A DNA stretch of 64,000 bases. Origin: Chrysomallon squamiferum. Lineage: Eukaryota; Animalia; Mollusca. The notes beneath the pieces are model-generated. The model ran no database searches, was not told the DNA's origin, and saw only the letters and a list, made by a program, of their open reading frames with translations. Below are positions 32,757 to 47,216 of the stretch, piece after piece. Both the position numbers and the translations under genes were made by a program. The stretch spans positions 29,946,001-30,010,000 of the forward strand of contig CM022672.1 in assembly GCA_012295275.1 (NCBI GenBank), written 5' to 3'. The first letter of the stretch is position 1; each line of letters begins with the position of its first letter.

Positions 32757-35016
32757 CGTTAAAATCCACTGTTCTGATTGTATAAATACTCTTCACTCAC
32801 TAATCTTCTTGTTACCACTTACGTGTATTAAGATAAATTAAATAGAAGTATCGTGTATTGATTATAGCATTACCTTCTGTTGTGCAGGAATTGAAACAGA
32901 CAGTGTGAAACCAGCCCGTGTATTATTATTATCATCATCATCGTCGTCGTCATCATAATCATAATCATCCATCATCATCATCATCATCGTTATTATTATC
33001 ATCATAATCATCAGAATAATCATCATATCAATCATCATCATCATTATATATATTTTTCTACAATTATTTGTTATAATGCTAGTTAAATCTGTTGTCCTAT
33101 GATAGTTATTTGTTGCTTAGTCTTTTATTTTGTTCTCTTTTGTTTTGTTTCGGTATGTTTAACATTTCTCACCCAGTAATGCTAAACGTTTGTAAGAGAT
33201 TGCATTCGAGATACAAAATCAATGACGTCAGTGAAAATAGTTGTGCTATGTACAAAAACAATTTGCATTCCTCCAAATGTTTTAAAAGTGAATGCTTCCA
33301 GTTTCATTGTTTGTAAAATTATATTACTTTTACTATTGCTATTATTATGAGTTCAGTAAACGTAAACAAATAACACACACACACACATATAGAGATAATA
33401 TACACTTACATTATATACACAAAAATGCACAGGAATACATACAGACATACATATACACAAACGCACACACTGCTGCATACATACACTTTACACACGCATC
33501 CATGCATACCTACATATAGCATCTTAAGTTCAATCCAGTATAATTATGTCGGTATTTATTTAACGCTTCACGGAAAACGAGTGCAATTTCTAAGAAACTC
33601 ACTGACAATGGTGCGTCCTTTGAATGTTCAGAGGTGTATTTATGATGTATGGTTTAATAATTTATTACGAGATAGGATCTGAGAGCCGAGTAAAATCACA
33701 GCTGTCGTCAAACTGACTTATCTCTGAGTTCACTGTGTGAGCTACACACAGACGTACACCACGCCAGTTATAACTCCTCGGCTCGAGTTACATATTCAAA
33801 ATATTCCCAGATACAGTTGCAGCCCTTGTAATGAAGGGAGAGAACTACCGCTGAGTGACCTTTGACACGGATTTAACGAGCATGTCAGAAGTGAGCTAGA
33901 AACAGAAGAAAGCGAATGTAAAATTAATGTTTTGGGAGTTGTTCGTGGTGGCCAGAGAAAGCGAACCCAGCCAAGCAGACTGGGTAAATATTGAAAGTTA
34001 AGAAAGTCCTGGAAACTGAGAAAGTCCTGGAAAGTTAGAAAGTTCTGAAAACAAAGAAAATTTTGAATGTCCTAAAAAATAATAATAATAAAAAATAAAA
34101 AGCACCCAAAAACCGATAATCGGAACAAAACAAGCAGAGTAAATACTGAAAATTGAGAAAGTCCTGAAACAAAATACTGAAAAATAAAGAGAATCCTCAA
34201 AACTGAGAAATTCTTGGAAACTAAGTAAGCACTGAAAAGAAAGAATGTTGTGAATATGCTGAAAGTAAAATCCACAACAATGTCATGTCTGAAAAGCAAG
34301 ATTTCTTCGAAAAACGAACTACATCTGAAATCGGAGAAAATATTGGTAGCCAAATAAGCCAAACAGAAGGTGCCACGCGAAACCGCTTTCAGATTCCCAG
34401 GTCTTCTACTTAGAGTGAAAAATAGCCACTACTGAATGTGATATACAAAATGACATCTTAGAACATTTTTATACTGAAGTTTCTAATGTACCTTTCATAC
34501 CTATACGGTAGACTGATATGAGAAAGGAAATCTCAAGACCGATTAGCGGTATGATATTTTTTAAGTTACACCTACATATAAACAGCACACCGCGTCACAA
34601 TCTTCGTCATTCAAGTCACAGAGCATTAGCTGGAACGAACAATATTCTAGTGGACTTTTCAAGGAGAACAGATCTAAAGTCAAATTACGTTAAACAAAGC
34701 CAATTTATGCTACGCGAAATGAAATCAAACGAAATCATTAAAATAAAACGCGCTGTCCAAATAAGGTTGAGTTGTGGGTTTGTGGTGACGATTCAAAACT
34801 CGGCTCAAATTGAGCGAAAAATTAAAAGTTGTCAGATTTTCCATTTGGTCTTTACAAATAGTTTATTGCTGTGAGAGGGATATTGGAAATTGGCGAGATT
34901 TCTCAACAACAGATTAGAATGAAATCTAAAACTCGCTACCAAATAGCCTGAGACTGTTACGGTAGTCGTAAGAAAACTAGAGTGCTTACGTAAAGAAATA
35001 AATTATTTTTAATTTA

Positions 35017-35074
<58 letters not shown>

Positions 35075-35129
35075 GTTATTATTATTATTTTCTTTACTTT
35101 TTTTATATTTTATTGTTATTATTATTGTT

Positions 35130-35264
<135 letters not shown>

Positions 35265-35590
35265 TTATATTTGTGTTTTTATTTTCACAATTAATGTCAG
35301 TCATCGTTATGTAGCGCAGTAAAGATAAAACTACAGATTTACTTAATTAAGCAGGCGACGGCTGCAGATGTTGCGGATCTGAACATTCCATCACAGTCTG
35401 ACTGGTTCAGCGTCGTGCACTTCAGGAATTTTTAAACATCCAAGATATTTTTATATAAAACAATACAACATTTTTTTTTTTATAATAATAATAATAATAA
35501 TAATAATAGTAATAGTGATAATAACAACAACAACAACAGTAATACTACTACTACTGCTGTTACTACTACTACTACTAATAATAATAATAA

Positions 35591-35621
<31 letters not shown>

Positions 35622-35794
35622 AAGAAGAAGAAGAAGAAGAAGAAGAAGGAGGAGGAGGAGGAGGAGGAGGAGGAGGAGGAGGAGAATAGAGTGAATTTTA
35701 TATTATAGAAAGGAAAACATAAATTACCAGTTCTGTATAATGTAACAGAGATTTTTGTTAAATACTGGAAAACGTTCCTTTTAACACCCCCACC

Positions 35795-35963
35795 AGCCCC
35801 CTGCAAACAAACGTGGACCCACTCCTGAGTTTTAAACAATCATTTCCGCGTTAATTGCAGCGTTTTTCAACACGTCCGAGCCCCCTGCAAACAAACGTGG
35901 ACCCACTCCTGAGTTTTAAACAATCATTTCCGCGTTAATTGCAGCGTTTTTCAACACGTCCGA
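35795..35963. repeat. Perfect 84-bp tandem duplication
   Basis: agccccctgc...cacgtccg at 35795-35878 is repeated identically at 35879-35962. Confidence 0.97.
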
Positions 35964-36320
35964 CGACTGATACTCGTGCTGTATTAAAGAAACACTTGTA
36001 GAAAAAAGGCGTCGCACTTAGAGATACCAGTGTAACGAAACAGTGGGAAGCTAAGTTTTGAATTAACGAACAGAAGATAAAACTGTTTTTGAAGAAACAC
36101 GAAAACGCTCTGTATCCAGGGTGGCGTGTCAGGTCGCGTATCTGTTTGGCGGTTCTGCCCGATTTTCTTCTGTCCCGTTAGACATTAACCATATTTCATT
36201 TCATAAGCAGTCTCTTTTCTGTCTGTTCTTAAGTTCCTCCGCGTCCCAGGAGCATCAGACGTGACTAAACAACAGATGTGTTTGTAATTATCAATAGGGA
36301 GGGCTGCAGTCTAGGTGTGT

Positions 36321-36484
<164 letters not shown>

Positions 36485-37078
36485 TGAATAATGTATATGG
36501 AATATATATGCTTGTGTTGTTACAATTCGATTTTTCTCTCTGCCTATCTACCTAGGTGCGTACGTGAGTAGTGTGTGTGTGAGGTAACTATATTTACAGA
36601 GAAACAGACAGATATATATGTACACGCAAATACATGCATATACACTGACTGAAAAACGAATAAATAAACGAAAGAAAAAACGAACGAATGTTTCAGGTAA
36701 TCATTCAGCAGGAATAACAAATTAATTTTTACAGAAATAACTGTAAAGCTTCTAACAGAGACAGACATTCTCATAAACATACATTGAAAACTCGGCAAAC
36801 TTCGCGGTGTATCATTTATAAGTCTGCTGACTTCACAGCTAGACTGTGTAGATGTTTGCCGAGTGTCGTTGTTTGTGGACGATTGTAAATCTTCGTGTCA
36901 CTTGTAATACTTTAATAAAACATTCACTCCTAGTAGGAAATCTCAGCAGAACATTCCGGCTAGCGGATCAATAGACATTCATTTCCTGTCTTCATCAGGT
37001 GTACTGATTGATTACAGCAGGGAAACGCGAAACCAGAACGTAGTGGACATCGGTCTTGTATATGTGTATATATAGTCA

Positions 37079-37165
<87 letters not shown>

Positions 37166-39296
37166 GTGTCGCTCTGACTTTCTCTATCTCTGTATTATCT
37201 GTGCGTTTTTATTTCCGTGAGTCGGACTGATTATTGCATGTTTGTAGTACATCACCGTGACTGTATGTAACTTTCAGTTAACTAATATATATATATACAC
37301 ACGGAAATATACAGACAGACAGACCGAGAGAGAGAGAGAGAGAGAGAGATGACTGTTTTTACTCTTTTACTCTGTTAATATGCAACTATAATGCATCAAT
37401 TCGTTGGATCTCATAATTTGCTGATTCAGTCTTCAATACAATTGTATGTTTTATCAGCAAGAAATCTTTTACATGTACTTTGCCGTAGATATGTATGTAT
37501 GCACATTACCATGACATTTTAAAAGTAAGCCCTGAACTCTGGCTAGAATGTGCGGGATAAGAGAAAAAAAAATCATTTTTCAAGTGTCGTTTATACTAAG
37601 TGTTAAGTCTTGTTATATTTGAACAGGCAGAGTTATATAACTAATACTATAACAACATTTTACTTATAATTTTCTAACTTTAAACATCCAATTAGCTGAT
37701 AAAGGGTGTTTAACAAAACTCTGTAAATGTTTGATTACAAGTTAATTAGTTGAACTTTGACCTTACGAAGAAGACTTAGTTGCGGAACGGCCAGAGTGTA
37801 AATAAAACGCTGTTCTGTTCTGCTAAACCACTTTCACCGGCTTTGAAGACGTCGCGAAATGGAAAAACGACTGTTATTTATTATCTTCCTGATCAGAAAC
37901 CCGATTCTCTGATAACAAAACCAGTCCATTACCTGGCTGAAAATTAACCGGAAGTGTTTACGCGTTCAGAACGTAGTGCCGTTTTGTTATCTTCGTCGTC
38001 CGCCATTATTCGCTTCTCGCCGTTCATTGTTCCAATTTCTGTGTACTTCCTGGTTTACACCGCAGCCGTTGTGTTGTTAAACAAACTGTGTAACAGATAC
38101 GTGATGGTAATGTGCTGTAGATACACTGTAAATTACAAGTCTACGTACATGGTTATTGTACTTGATTTGCTTATGCATAGTTACTTGAGAAGACTTTTTT
38201 GTTTTTATTTGTAAGCCTAATGTATGTAATACGCTGCTAACTGAAAACAGCAATGGAATGTTAATTTTTTTTTATCAGTTTGATTGTTACGTCTTTTAAA
38301 TATAGACGAAATTATATTATGACCATATTCTGTCAAATCCACTGGTTCATACACACAGAATTATACCGTATAAAATGCAGGGATGATTTGATTACAAGTG
38401 TCTGTGGAATTTAATAGCGCTAATTTTACACAGATAGCGAAATACGAACTTTATTTTATTTATTTTTTTCAGCCGTCGACAAAGTTAAAACAAACCATAC
38501 AATGTGCAGCGTAAAACGATTATTATTTTCTTCTTTGCCTCGCACAAATTAGCCGCACTGTTTCGCTCAAATTGCCCCAAGTCATAAGCCCATAACCAGA
38601 CCGTCTACATTACTCATCATCTTATTAAAACAAGAATTTCGACGTATTTGTAAACTCTGTGTACAAATTAGTCAAACATCAAAAAAAAAAAAAAAAAAAT
38701 TAAATAAAATAAAAAATAAAAAAATAAAAACTGAGAAAGAAAGTGTCATCCCGCAATTTGTCAGAACATATAAATAAGAATGAAAGCGACGCGAGGGAAT
38801 TTGGCGCGTGAGTCATTCGTATGCACGTCGTTATGACGAATTCCAGAAATCAAACACTTTCCCCGTTTGACCCATTCAGCGTCCTAATCAGGCGTGGCAT
38901 GGATTTTAGTCATGTAATGTTCATAATTCTAAACACTGGAGTGAGACCGCGGAGAATTGCAACATGTACTTGACCTCCAGCGTGACCCCAATCTCCACAT
39001 CTCTCTCTCTGCTCTGTTTATATTGACAGGATCGTTCAGTATGTATTCATGTGCAACAGCATCAAGATACACACACAAAAACGTGCACATTTATACGTAC
39101 ACATGTACGCATGCGCACATGTTCATATTATATACATTGACATATAAATAAATATACATGCAAACATACTTCTTTTTTTATATTTGACTATTGTGAACGG
39201 TGCACTGCGAAACACATACTCTCTCACACACACACACACACAGTCTTTGATGTACACTTACACAAACACACATACACACGTTTGTTTTGGATATCT

Positions 39297-39619
<323 letters not shown>

Positions 39620-40416
39620 ACCCTCTCATTATTATTTTCTCCCCATCCCAAATATTCCTTCCCTCTCTCCTCATTTTTTATAATTCATCCTCCAGGCCCC
39701 CCCCCACCTCGCTTACCCTGACCCCAGCTGGTCTCCCCACTTCCCCCTCATTTGATATTCAGTCTCCGTGAAGGAAACGTTAGAAGATGAATCACATTAT
39801 ACATGCTGACTGTTCATCCATTTTGTGTCCCTTATCCCAGCTAATGATTGGAATGGCTACTTTTATGATTCATATTTATGTCGAGTAGCTGACCCGATTG
39901 TTTTCGTAATTGGAATGGATGTCTTATTTGCGCGTGTGACTAAGGGATATTAACTCGTCGATGCTGTAATCTCGTAGAAATAATAAATGAAATGCGAGTA
40001 GTGTAAGTTTATTATTTCTCCGCAAACTGAGATAGTGGAGACTGTGGATTAATGCGAGTGTGAAAAAGAAAACTTTAATGTCCGTTTTATCAATTTATTG
40101 TAGACATACATGCACATAATTTGTTATTAGTATTTGTTTGTATCTTCTTTTTTCTTCTATTTTTTAATTTTTTTTTTTTTTTTTTTTTTTTTCACGCATT
40201 GTTTTATTAATACTACTAGCCACTGCTGTTTTTGTTATTGCTACAGTAACTAATATTAATACCATTATAAGTGCTACTACTATAAAACAAATACACCATT
40301 ACTACTACTACAACTTATTAAAACAAATACACCATTACTACTACTACAACTACTACTAACTACTACTACTACTACTAATAATAATAATAATAATAATAGT
40401 AACAGTAACTAACAGA

Positions 40417-40518
40417 ACTAGTAGTGATAGTAATTGTAGTAGTACTAGTACTAGTAGTGATAGTAATTGTAGTAGTACTAGTACTAGTAGTGATAGTAAT
40501 TGTAGTAGTACTAGTACT
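40417..40518. repeat. 33-bp tandem repeat x3
   Basis: actagtagtgatagtaattgtagtagtactagt at 40417, 40450, 40483. Confidence 0.9.
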
Positions 40519-40669
40519 CAGCGTCGTTGTGGGATTATTAAGCTGTGAAAACAGTTTTACTACTATTACCACTTCCTAAATGTACAGCCCATTTATTTTT
40601 CTTCTTCTTCTTCTTCTTCTTCTTCTTCTTCTTCTTCTTCTTCTTCTTCTTCTTCTTTTCTTCTTCTTC

Positions 40670-40815
40670 TATTTCACATGCGTTTCCATAAAGGTAAATA
40701 ACGTACCATACATTCATTCATTAAAACAGTTATTGTTCTAGAAATGTCTGGAATGGGAATTATCCTAACACATTCACAATTGCTCTAACCACTGGACCGC
40801 TCACTGCGCGCTCCT
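40670..40815 (-). mobile_element. Decayed SINE 5' part
   Basis: Reverse complement ccagtggttagagc...ttcccattccag...tggtacg. Confidence 0.45.
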
Positions 40816-41462
40816 TCTTTAAAGATTTCAAACAAGTCTCAAGTTGATTAAATCAGCAAATTTTAAGTTTCTCATTGAAAGTCGAGTATTCTTCTCATAG
40901 CCTTAGTTTTCATTATCGATTGTTTTCGTCATTGTTCGGCTTCTCTCGAGAAAGCGTGATAATAACATCTTTTCACACGGAAACTGGCGAAGTTTTTCCC
41001 TTTTGATTAGTGAATCGAAAATATTAACTTCCGTCGAAACGCGATTCAGTTTGCGAGGGGCGTGTTTGATTTAATCAAACTTGACAAATCTGAGAAAAAT
41101 AAAAAACAGTGCCGAGCCAAATAATTAAAAAATTAAATATTATTTCGTCATCTTCTTTCTTTTTTTTGTTATTATAGTTGCCGTTGTTATTATTAGCAGC
41201 AGTAGCAATAATCATATTAAATGTAATCTATGGCAACATTAATAGCTGTAGTAGTAGTAATAGTAGTAGTAGTAGTAATGGCAGTAGTAGTTGTTTCTAC
41301 ATATATAGAAGTACTAGACGCACAGTGATAGATGAGAAAGTCAAAATGTTTTGTTTTATTTAATTAAATTTATTATTTATTTGTTGTTGTTGTTAAATAT
41401 ATGTATAATGTGCATTATTCCTAAATTTATTTTACTGAAGTACTATTTTCTGTATATGTAAT

Positions 41463-41501
<39 letters not shown>

Positions 41502-42150
41502 TGTAAAACAATAAAAAAATAAAAAAAAAAATAAAATTGAATAAAAAATAAAACTACTAACATCTATACAACAGAAGATGGTTATTAAACGTAATCTAGA
41601 TAATTTTGGTTCCCATACTGCTGTCTGGACGACTGGTTCCGATAGCGAGGCTGAGTCAGTGTTTGACATTTGGCTGATTGCTCTGAACGGTGGAATTAGA
41701 CGTAATTTTGTAAAGGGCATGCAGGAAGTTTCGAAGCGCTAAAACACTGACAAATGCCGTGGTTTAGTCACGTGGAGCGTTTACTGAAAGTTATATGTTT
41801 AAATAAAAACACAGCTATTATTAACATCAATAGTCTTCAAAGTTAAAACCTGTTGACGTTTTGTAAGTGGGTCACACAATTTTAAATATTATATAATCAT
41901 GTATATAAACACGTGTCTGTGGACTCAGAAATGCATCTATTTCTTTCTTTCTTTTTTTATTCCTACTTTTCATCGTTTTTTGTTTTTGTTTTTTGCCCCC
42001 ATCAATCCATTATTCTTTCTTTCCTGTATTTTTCCTTCGTTTTTTTCCTTTCTGGGCCTATTTTTTCCCTTCTTCATCCCGAAAATAATTTAAATATAAA
42101 TTAATATCTTTACAGTTTAATGTTCTTTTGGAATGATTCTTAAATGCTAA

Positions 42151-42673
42151 AAGTTGCTTAGTGAGAACGCGTCTTTAGATTAACATTACTAAACTATCAC
42201 AAAATGGTGAAGCAAGTCGCGTAGTGAGAATGCAGCTTCAGACTAATACCATTACTGTTTCGGTATTATCACTTACCATATTGGTTCTATACTAACATTG
42301 ATATTTTCATAGAGTGTTACTGTAAATTACACAGTAATAAAATAGCCCAAGACTGAAATCCTTACGTTTCGCCTATTCTTAAAATATGGAACAAAAACTG
42401 TTTCGACAAGTAACTCAGCGAAAATGCATCTTTATATCTATCCTAATGTCGTTAGAATTCAGCCGTTCTCACTGAATGGTGCGACAAATCGGTTAGTGAG
42501 AACGCAGCTTAAGACTAACAATTTGTTTTTCCTGCAGTGTATTACGATCGTGTGGTTAAGTCGTACCGTTTGAACGGCGCTTTAGGCTAACATTTGTGTG
42601 ATGTAGTTAAAGTAAAAAGTAATTTGATCAATTAAGACAAATCGTTTGGTGAGAAAGCAGCTTTAAAATATCA
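42151..42673. repeat. Degenerate ~36-bp repeat array with dissimilar spacers, at least 6 copies
   Basis: Consensus gacaaRtcgNNtagtgagaaYgcagcttHagactaaca at 42151, 42212, 42405, 42483, 42558, 42636. Confidence 0.75.
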
Positions 42674-43293
42674 ACTACGTCATCGTAAAATAAAAAAAAT
42701 ATATAAAAATAATAATAATAATAATAAATGAAAAAACATTTTCACAGTGCTTCGTTATAAATTAACTTTTATTCTGCAAAAAAAAAAAAAAAAAAAAAAA
42801 ATTATAACGAGGAAGACTTTCAAAAAACATCGCTAGCGCTTTTTAATAAAAGTAACAAGAGCAAGCAAACTGGAAGACTTTTAAAAACAGTTTCATAATA
42901 AAGTAAAAAATAAAAATAAAAAGATGAAGAAAAGTGACAAGTTTTTAATAAAGAAAAAATAATAATAAAACAGGAAAACTTGCAAAAACAGCAGCAAATT
43001 TTAGAAAAAGCAAAGAGACCAATTTTTAATAATCAAACGAAAAAAAAAAAAAAAAAAAAAATAAAAAGGAAATCTTTCAAAAACACAACCAAGTTTGAGA
43101 AAAAGGAAAACAATACTTTTTAATAAATAAGTAAAAAAAATGTTAAGTATATAATGATGATTATGATGATGATGATGATGATGATGATAATAATAACAAC
43201 AACAACAAACATAATAATAACAACAATAACAACAACATAGTAATAACAATATTAAATAATAATAATAATAATCATAACAACAATAACAATAAC

Positions 43294-43344
<51 letters not shown>

Positions 43345-44599
43345 GCAAACTGGAAAACTGACAACAACAAAAAACAAAATAATAATAACGCCACCAGTAA
43401 GAAGACAAGAAGAAGAAAGGCTGTTTTCACTGAAGCACACGCTGCAAGTTAAAAGCCTCTGCTCAGTGTGACGCTGTTTGGAAACCACGTCGCTGTTGTA
43501 TACAACGTCGCCGCGAGGTGATAATAGCTTTCGTCAAGTGTGGAAGTCAATCTGAGCACAATGCATCGCATTAGCCAGCCCGTCATCACAAACACATTAG
43601 AGAGAATAGGTGTGGCCTTGCATTCTCCGGCCCGCGCCACAGACACACTGCACCTCATCAGACCGCGTATTGTGTGCGCTGCCTCGCCATTGTCGCGCGT
43701 TCAAACTGGTCTTGTAGGTAATTAGCACACACAGAGGCGCGGAGGAACGGGTTTTAGTGGCTGCGAGATTCACATATAAAAATAACAGTGTCTTGTATCA
43801 GATGTGTCCCCTCTCTTTCTTTACTTGTCTGTCTATTTTTGTCTGTCTGTCTGTTCAATAACTGTTTTGTTGTTTTTTCTGTCCGGGTCCCTGTCTGTCA
43901 CTATGTCTGTGTGTGTCTCTGTGTATCTGACTGTCTGGCTTCCTCTCTGTCTATGACAGACAGTCTCTGTCTCTGTCTTTCTGCCTGTCTAACTCAACAG
44001 AAAAAAACAACTACATGTATATATGCATCTCTCTCTCTCTCTCTCTCGTAAGAAATTTTTTATCATTCGTTTCTTTCTTTTATGTTTGTTGTTTCGGGGT
44101 ATTCTGTTGATAATATTGGCACAGATCTGAAGAATGATATAAAATATTAACTTGAGCGTGTGTGAGTGTGTGTGTGTGTGTGTTTGTAAATGTATCTGTA
44201 TAAAATAGCTATAAACGAAATGTAAGCAAATTCATTTATTTGTTTTGTTTTATATTATTTTATTTCTTTTGTTTGTTTGAGATTTTACCGGACTGTGTTC
44301 TTTTAATGGTTGCTCAGATATTTAGAATGAAATAAAGTACTGACTTAATAAACAGAACGAATACAGCAGTTATTGGCCTTATAATTTCCCACAATCACAG
44401 ATACACATTAATAAACAAAACCACCTTCAGAAATCAAATACTCATAAAGCGCGCGCGCGCATGAATTAAAATTTCACGAGCGCACGGCAGATGGTGTGAA
44501 AACATCAAACTCCTCGCATTGTTCTCGTTCATACTCCCTGACGTGTTTCCCACTTGCCGCTGTCAGCACTGGTAATACGTGTAACCTCAATTAGAGGGT

Positions 44600-44870
44600 T
44601 AAGTCCACGCTGTCCGAACTGACTGGACGAAGATAGCCGCCGCTGACAGTCCACTTAGCATTGGTCAGTTCGCAGTAATTACATAGAAATTGTTAATTAA
44701 TATAATGTATTTGTACGGCTCTTGACCACTGGCGGTGCACATCCCGCGACCCGGTCAGAACTTTTCGGCTCTTTGTGGTCTTTCGCGGGATTACCGGTCG
44801 AGATATTTAATAACGGTGATTGGCAGCGTGTCGTCCTATATAAGCTGGCGGACCGCAAACTTGAAAATCA
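44600..44870 (+). promoter_or_regulatory. Promoter-like element with CCAAT and TATA box
   Basis: CpG-rich; E2F-like TTTCGCGG 44781-44788; ATTGG 44819-44823; TATATAAG 44837-44844. Confidence 0.5.
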
Positions 44871-46290
44871 TCGATATCATTGTAATAACGTGAAGTCCAT
44901 CTGTTTGAGCCGGTCTATAGGGAATGTGGTATTAAATAAATACTTTTTTGTCTCTCTAAATAAATTTATTTTACTAGTCAGCCGGAAAATTAGATGTCAT
45001 TTTGTGTATGTATCCTATAGTTCAGTATCCAGGTATCATATGTTTAGTACCAATAAATTAATAAGACTTTTGTTAATTTTACAGGAATTCGGATTCGTAA
45101 GAATCCTTGTTCGTGCCTCGCGAGTAGCTGTTGAATTGGGAGTGCTTATTAATATAACTGAACTATCTACATACTAACATTAACAAAATAATGAATTTAT
45201 CAATGGAATTTCAACTGACTGTAATAATGATAAGAAAAACGAAACTTTTGCTAAATTTTATGGGTTATTACCATTTTGCAGCAACTTAATTTCTATATTC
45301 TTTTACCCAAGACAGAAAGGAAATTAAATGTTTGAAATTTGTTTGGATAGGGGAAAAAAATCACTGGATGTATTGAGAAGTATCAGTGAATGAACCTACA
45401 TCATACAGAGGGTTCTAGCTGAATAATTGCATAGCCACAATCAGAACCCATTATTTTTATTTTCATTTTCATTTTTATATTTTTTTAATTGAATTAAATA
45501 CTGTAGTTATAAACAAAAGGTTAAATTTGAATTAGAATGAAATTTGAACAATCATCGGACTAAGCTGTCATTTTTAATAAAGGCTAACTGTTGCAATTCC
45601 GTCGAAAATTTACTCCTTTGTAATGAAGGTGATTTACGCATTCGTAACATGACCATGTAAATTACCCCAATTTAAAAAGAGGATCATAGCTGCAGTGGGT
45701 GGTGTGTCTTTAGTCTGGAAGGGGGGGGGACTTAGAGACAGGAAGGGAGACAATTAAAGTGAGAAAATTAAATGAAATGCACACTTACTTATCTGTATAA
45801 ATATCATCTAATTTTCATTTTATGTTAACAAATCAATGACGTCACAGAGGCTGAAATTTTGCCTAAGGCCCCGTGACGTCGTTCGATTGTTTAAAATCAA
45901 ACAATCTCTCCATTTTTCTGCATTATCTTCTAATGTAATGTTGAATACGCATGTTCGATTTGTTTGAAAAAACAAACATCGTCACTTTTCTTGATACAAA
46001 TATTCACTTTGAAGATAAACAGCACGGCCCATTTCTGTCGAATTAACGTTAATGTTGTTAAGTAGAGTCTACAAGGAAAACTCGTTTGCTGAAACGGAAC
46101 GCCAATTTAAAATAGTTTTCTATAATTGAGTAACTGTGCTTGAATCCAGGGAGGGGGTCGTCGTTCTCCCCCCTTACCCGTTTACCTTTCCTGACCGATT
46201 GTTTATTTATATATTTTTTGGTTTGTTTATTTGTTGACGTTATTCTTTGTTAGTTATTTTCTTTAAATGATTTATTAATTTAATCGTTTG

Positions 46291-46356
<66 letters not shown>

Positions 46357-46899
46357 GTTATACACACACACTCTAATTTTTTAATTTTGTTATTATTATT
46401 ATTACACACACACATATAATTTTAATTTTTATTTTTATTTTAATTTTTAATTTTATTTATTTATTTATTTCGTCATCACTGGCATCATCTTCATCATTAA
46501 ACATATCACATGCTGAAAGCTATAAATAAACACAAACTATCATTAGCTCTTCTATTCCTGAATATCTTAACCCCGTCCTTTCGAAAAGTCCAGATCCACC
46601 ATTGATAATTACTTTGGTTTCAGCAAACACGAAATCGTTTTGTCTTGTAAGTATCGGCAAAGCCATCAGAAGGGATTTTTATCACACCTGTTTGAAAGAG
46701 TAAATTAATTACATCGACAGTGGATGAGAGACAAGCGCTGGTAGGTTTCGGGCCGGGAGGGTTAATGATACAAATTCAGTTAATCCATTACAGCTGGATT
46801 CGCAGTAAAACGAAGCTGACTGACACTGGTTGTTTGCCAAACACAATCTCCACGTGCAATCAAGATGAAGCTTTTTCTCGCGCCGTTTCAAAAGACTTG

Positions 46900-47100
46900 A
46901 AGTAGATTTTCGACAGGCTGGAATCAAAACGGTCTCCCGTCTGCTGATTGGAGGTGACGTGATGTAATCAGCCGTGTCGGAGCGGAACAGGAAATAGAAC
47001 TCTTCAGTCGCGCGAGCACACTTCTGACGCCATTTTCCAAACAACTCGGTTGTTTTCGCGGCGATTCGAGAGTCGTTTTCCAACACAAACAATTAATTCA
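46900..47100 (+). promoter_or_regulatory. CpG-rich promoter/enhancer-like cluster
   Basis: ATTGG 46947-46951, TGACGTGA 46955-46962, ETS-like CAGGAAAT 46988-46995, YY1-like CGCCATTTT 47028-47036. Confidence 0.45.
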
Positions 47101-47216
47101 AACAGATTAACTGAATCTTTCACTACAAAAGACGTAATTGCGCTTCTTAGATGTCCGCTGTAATACGTCTTCACACTGAAACAAGATATCCAGCAAAAGG
47201 AAACTTCAGAACGTAG

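Noticed and set aside
42151-42673. Bona fide CRISPR array
   Set aside because: Repeats too degenerate, irregular spacing, eukaryotic intronic context, no cas or leader; kept only as an unexplained repeat-spacer pattern
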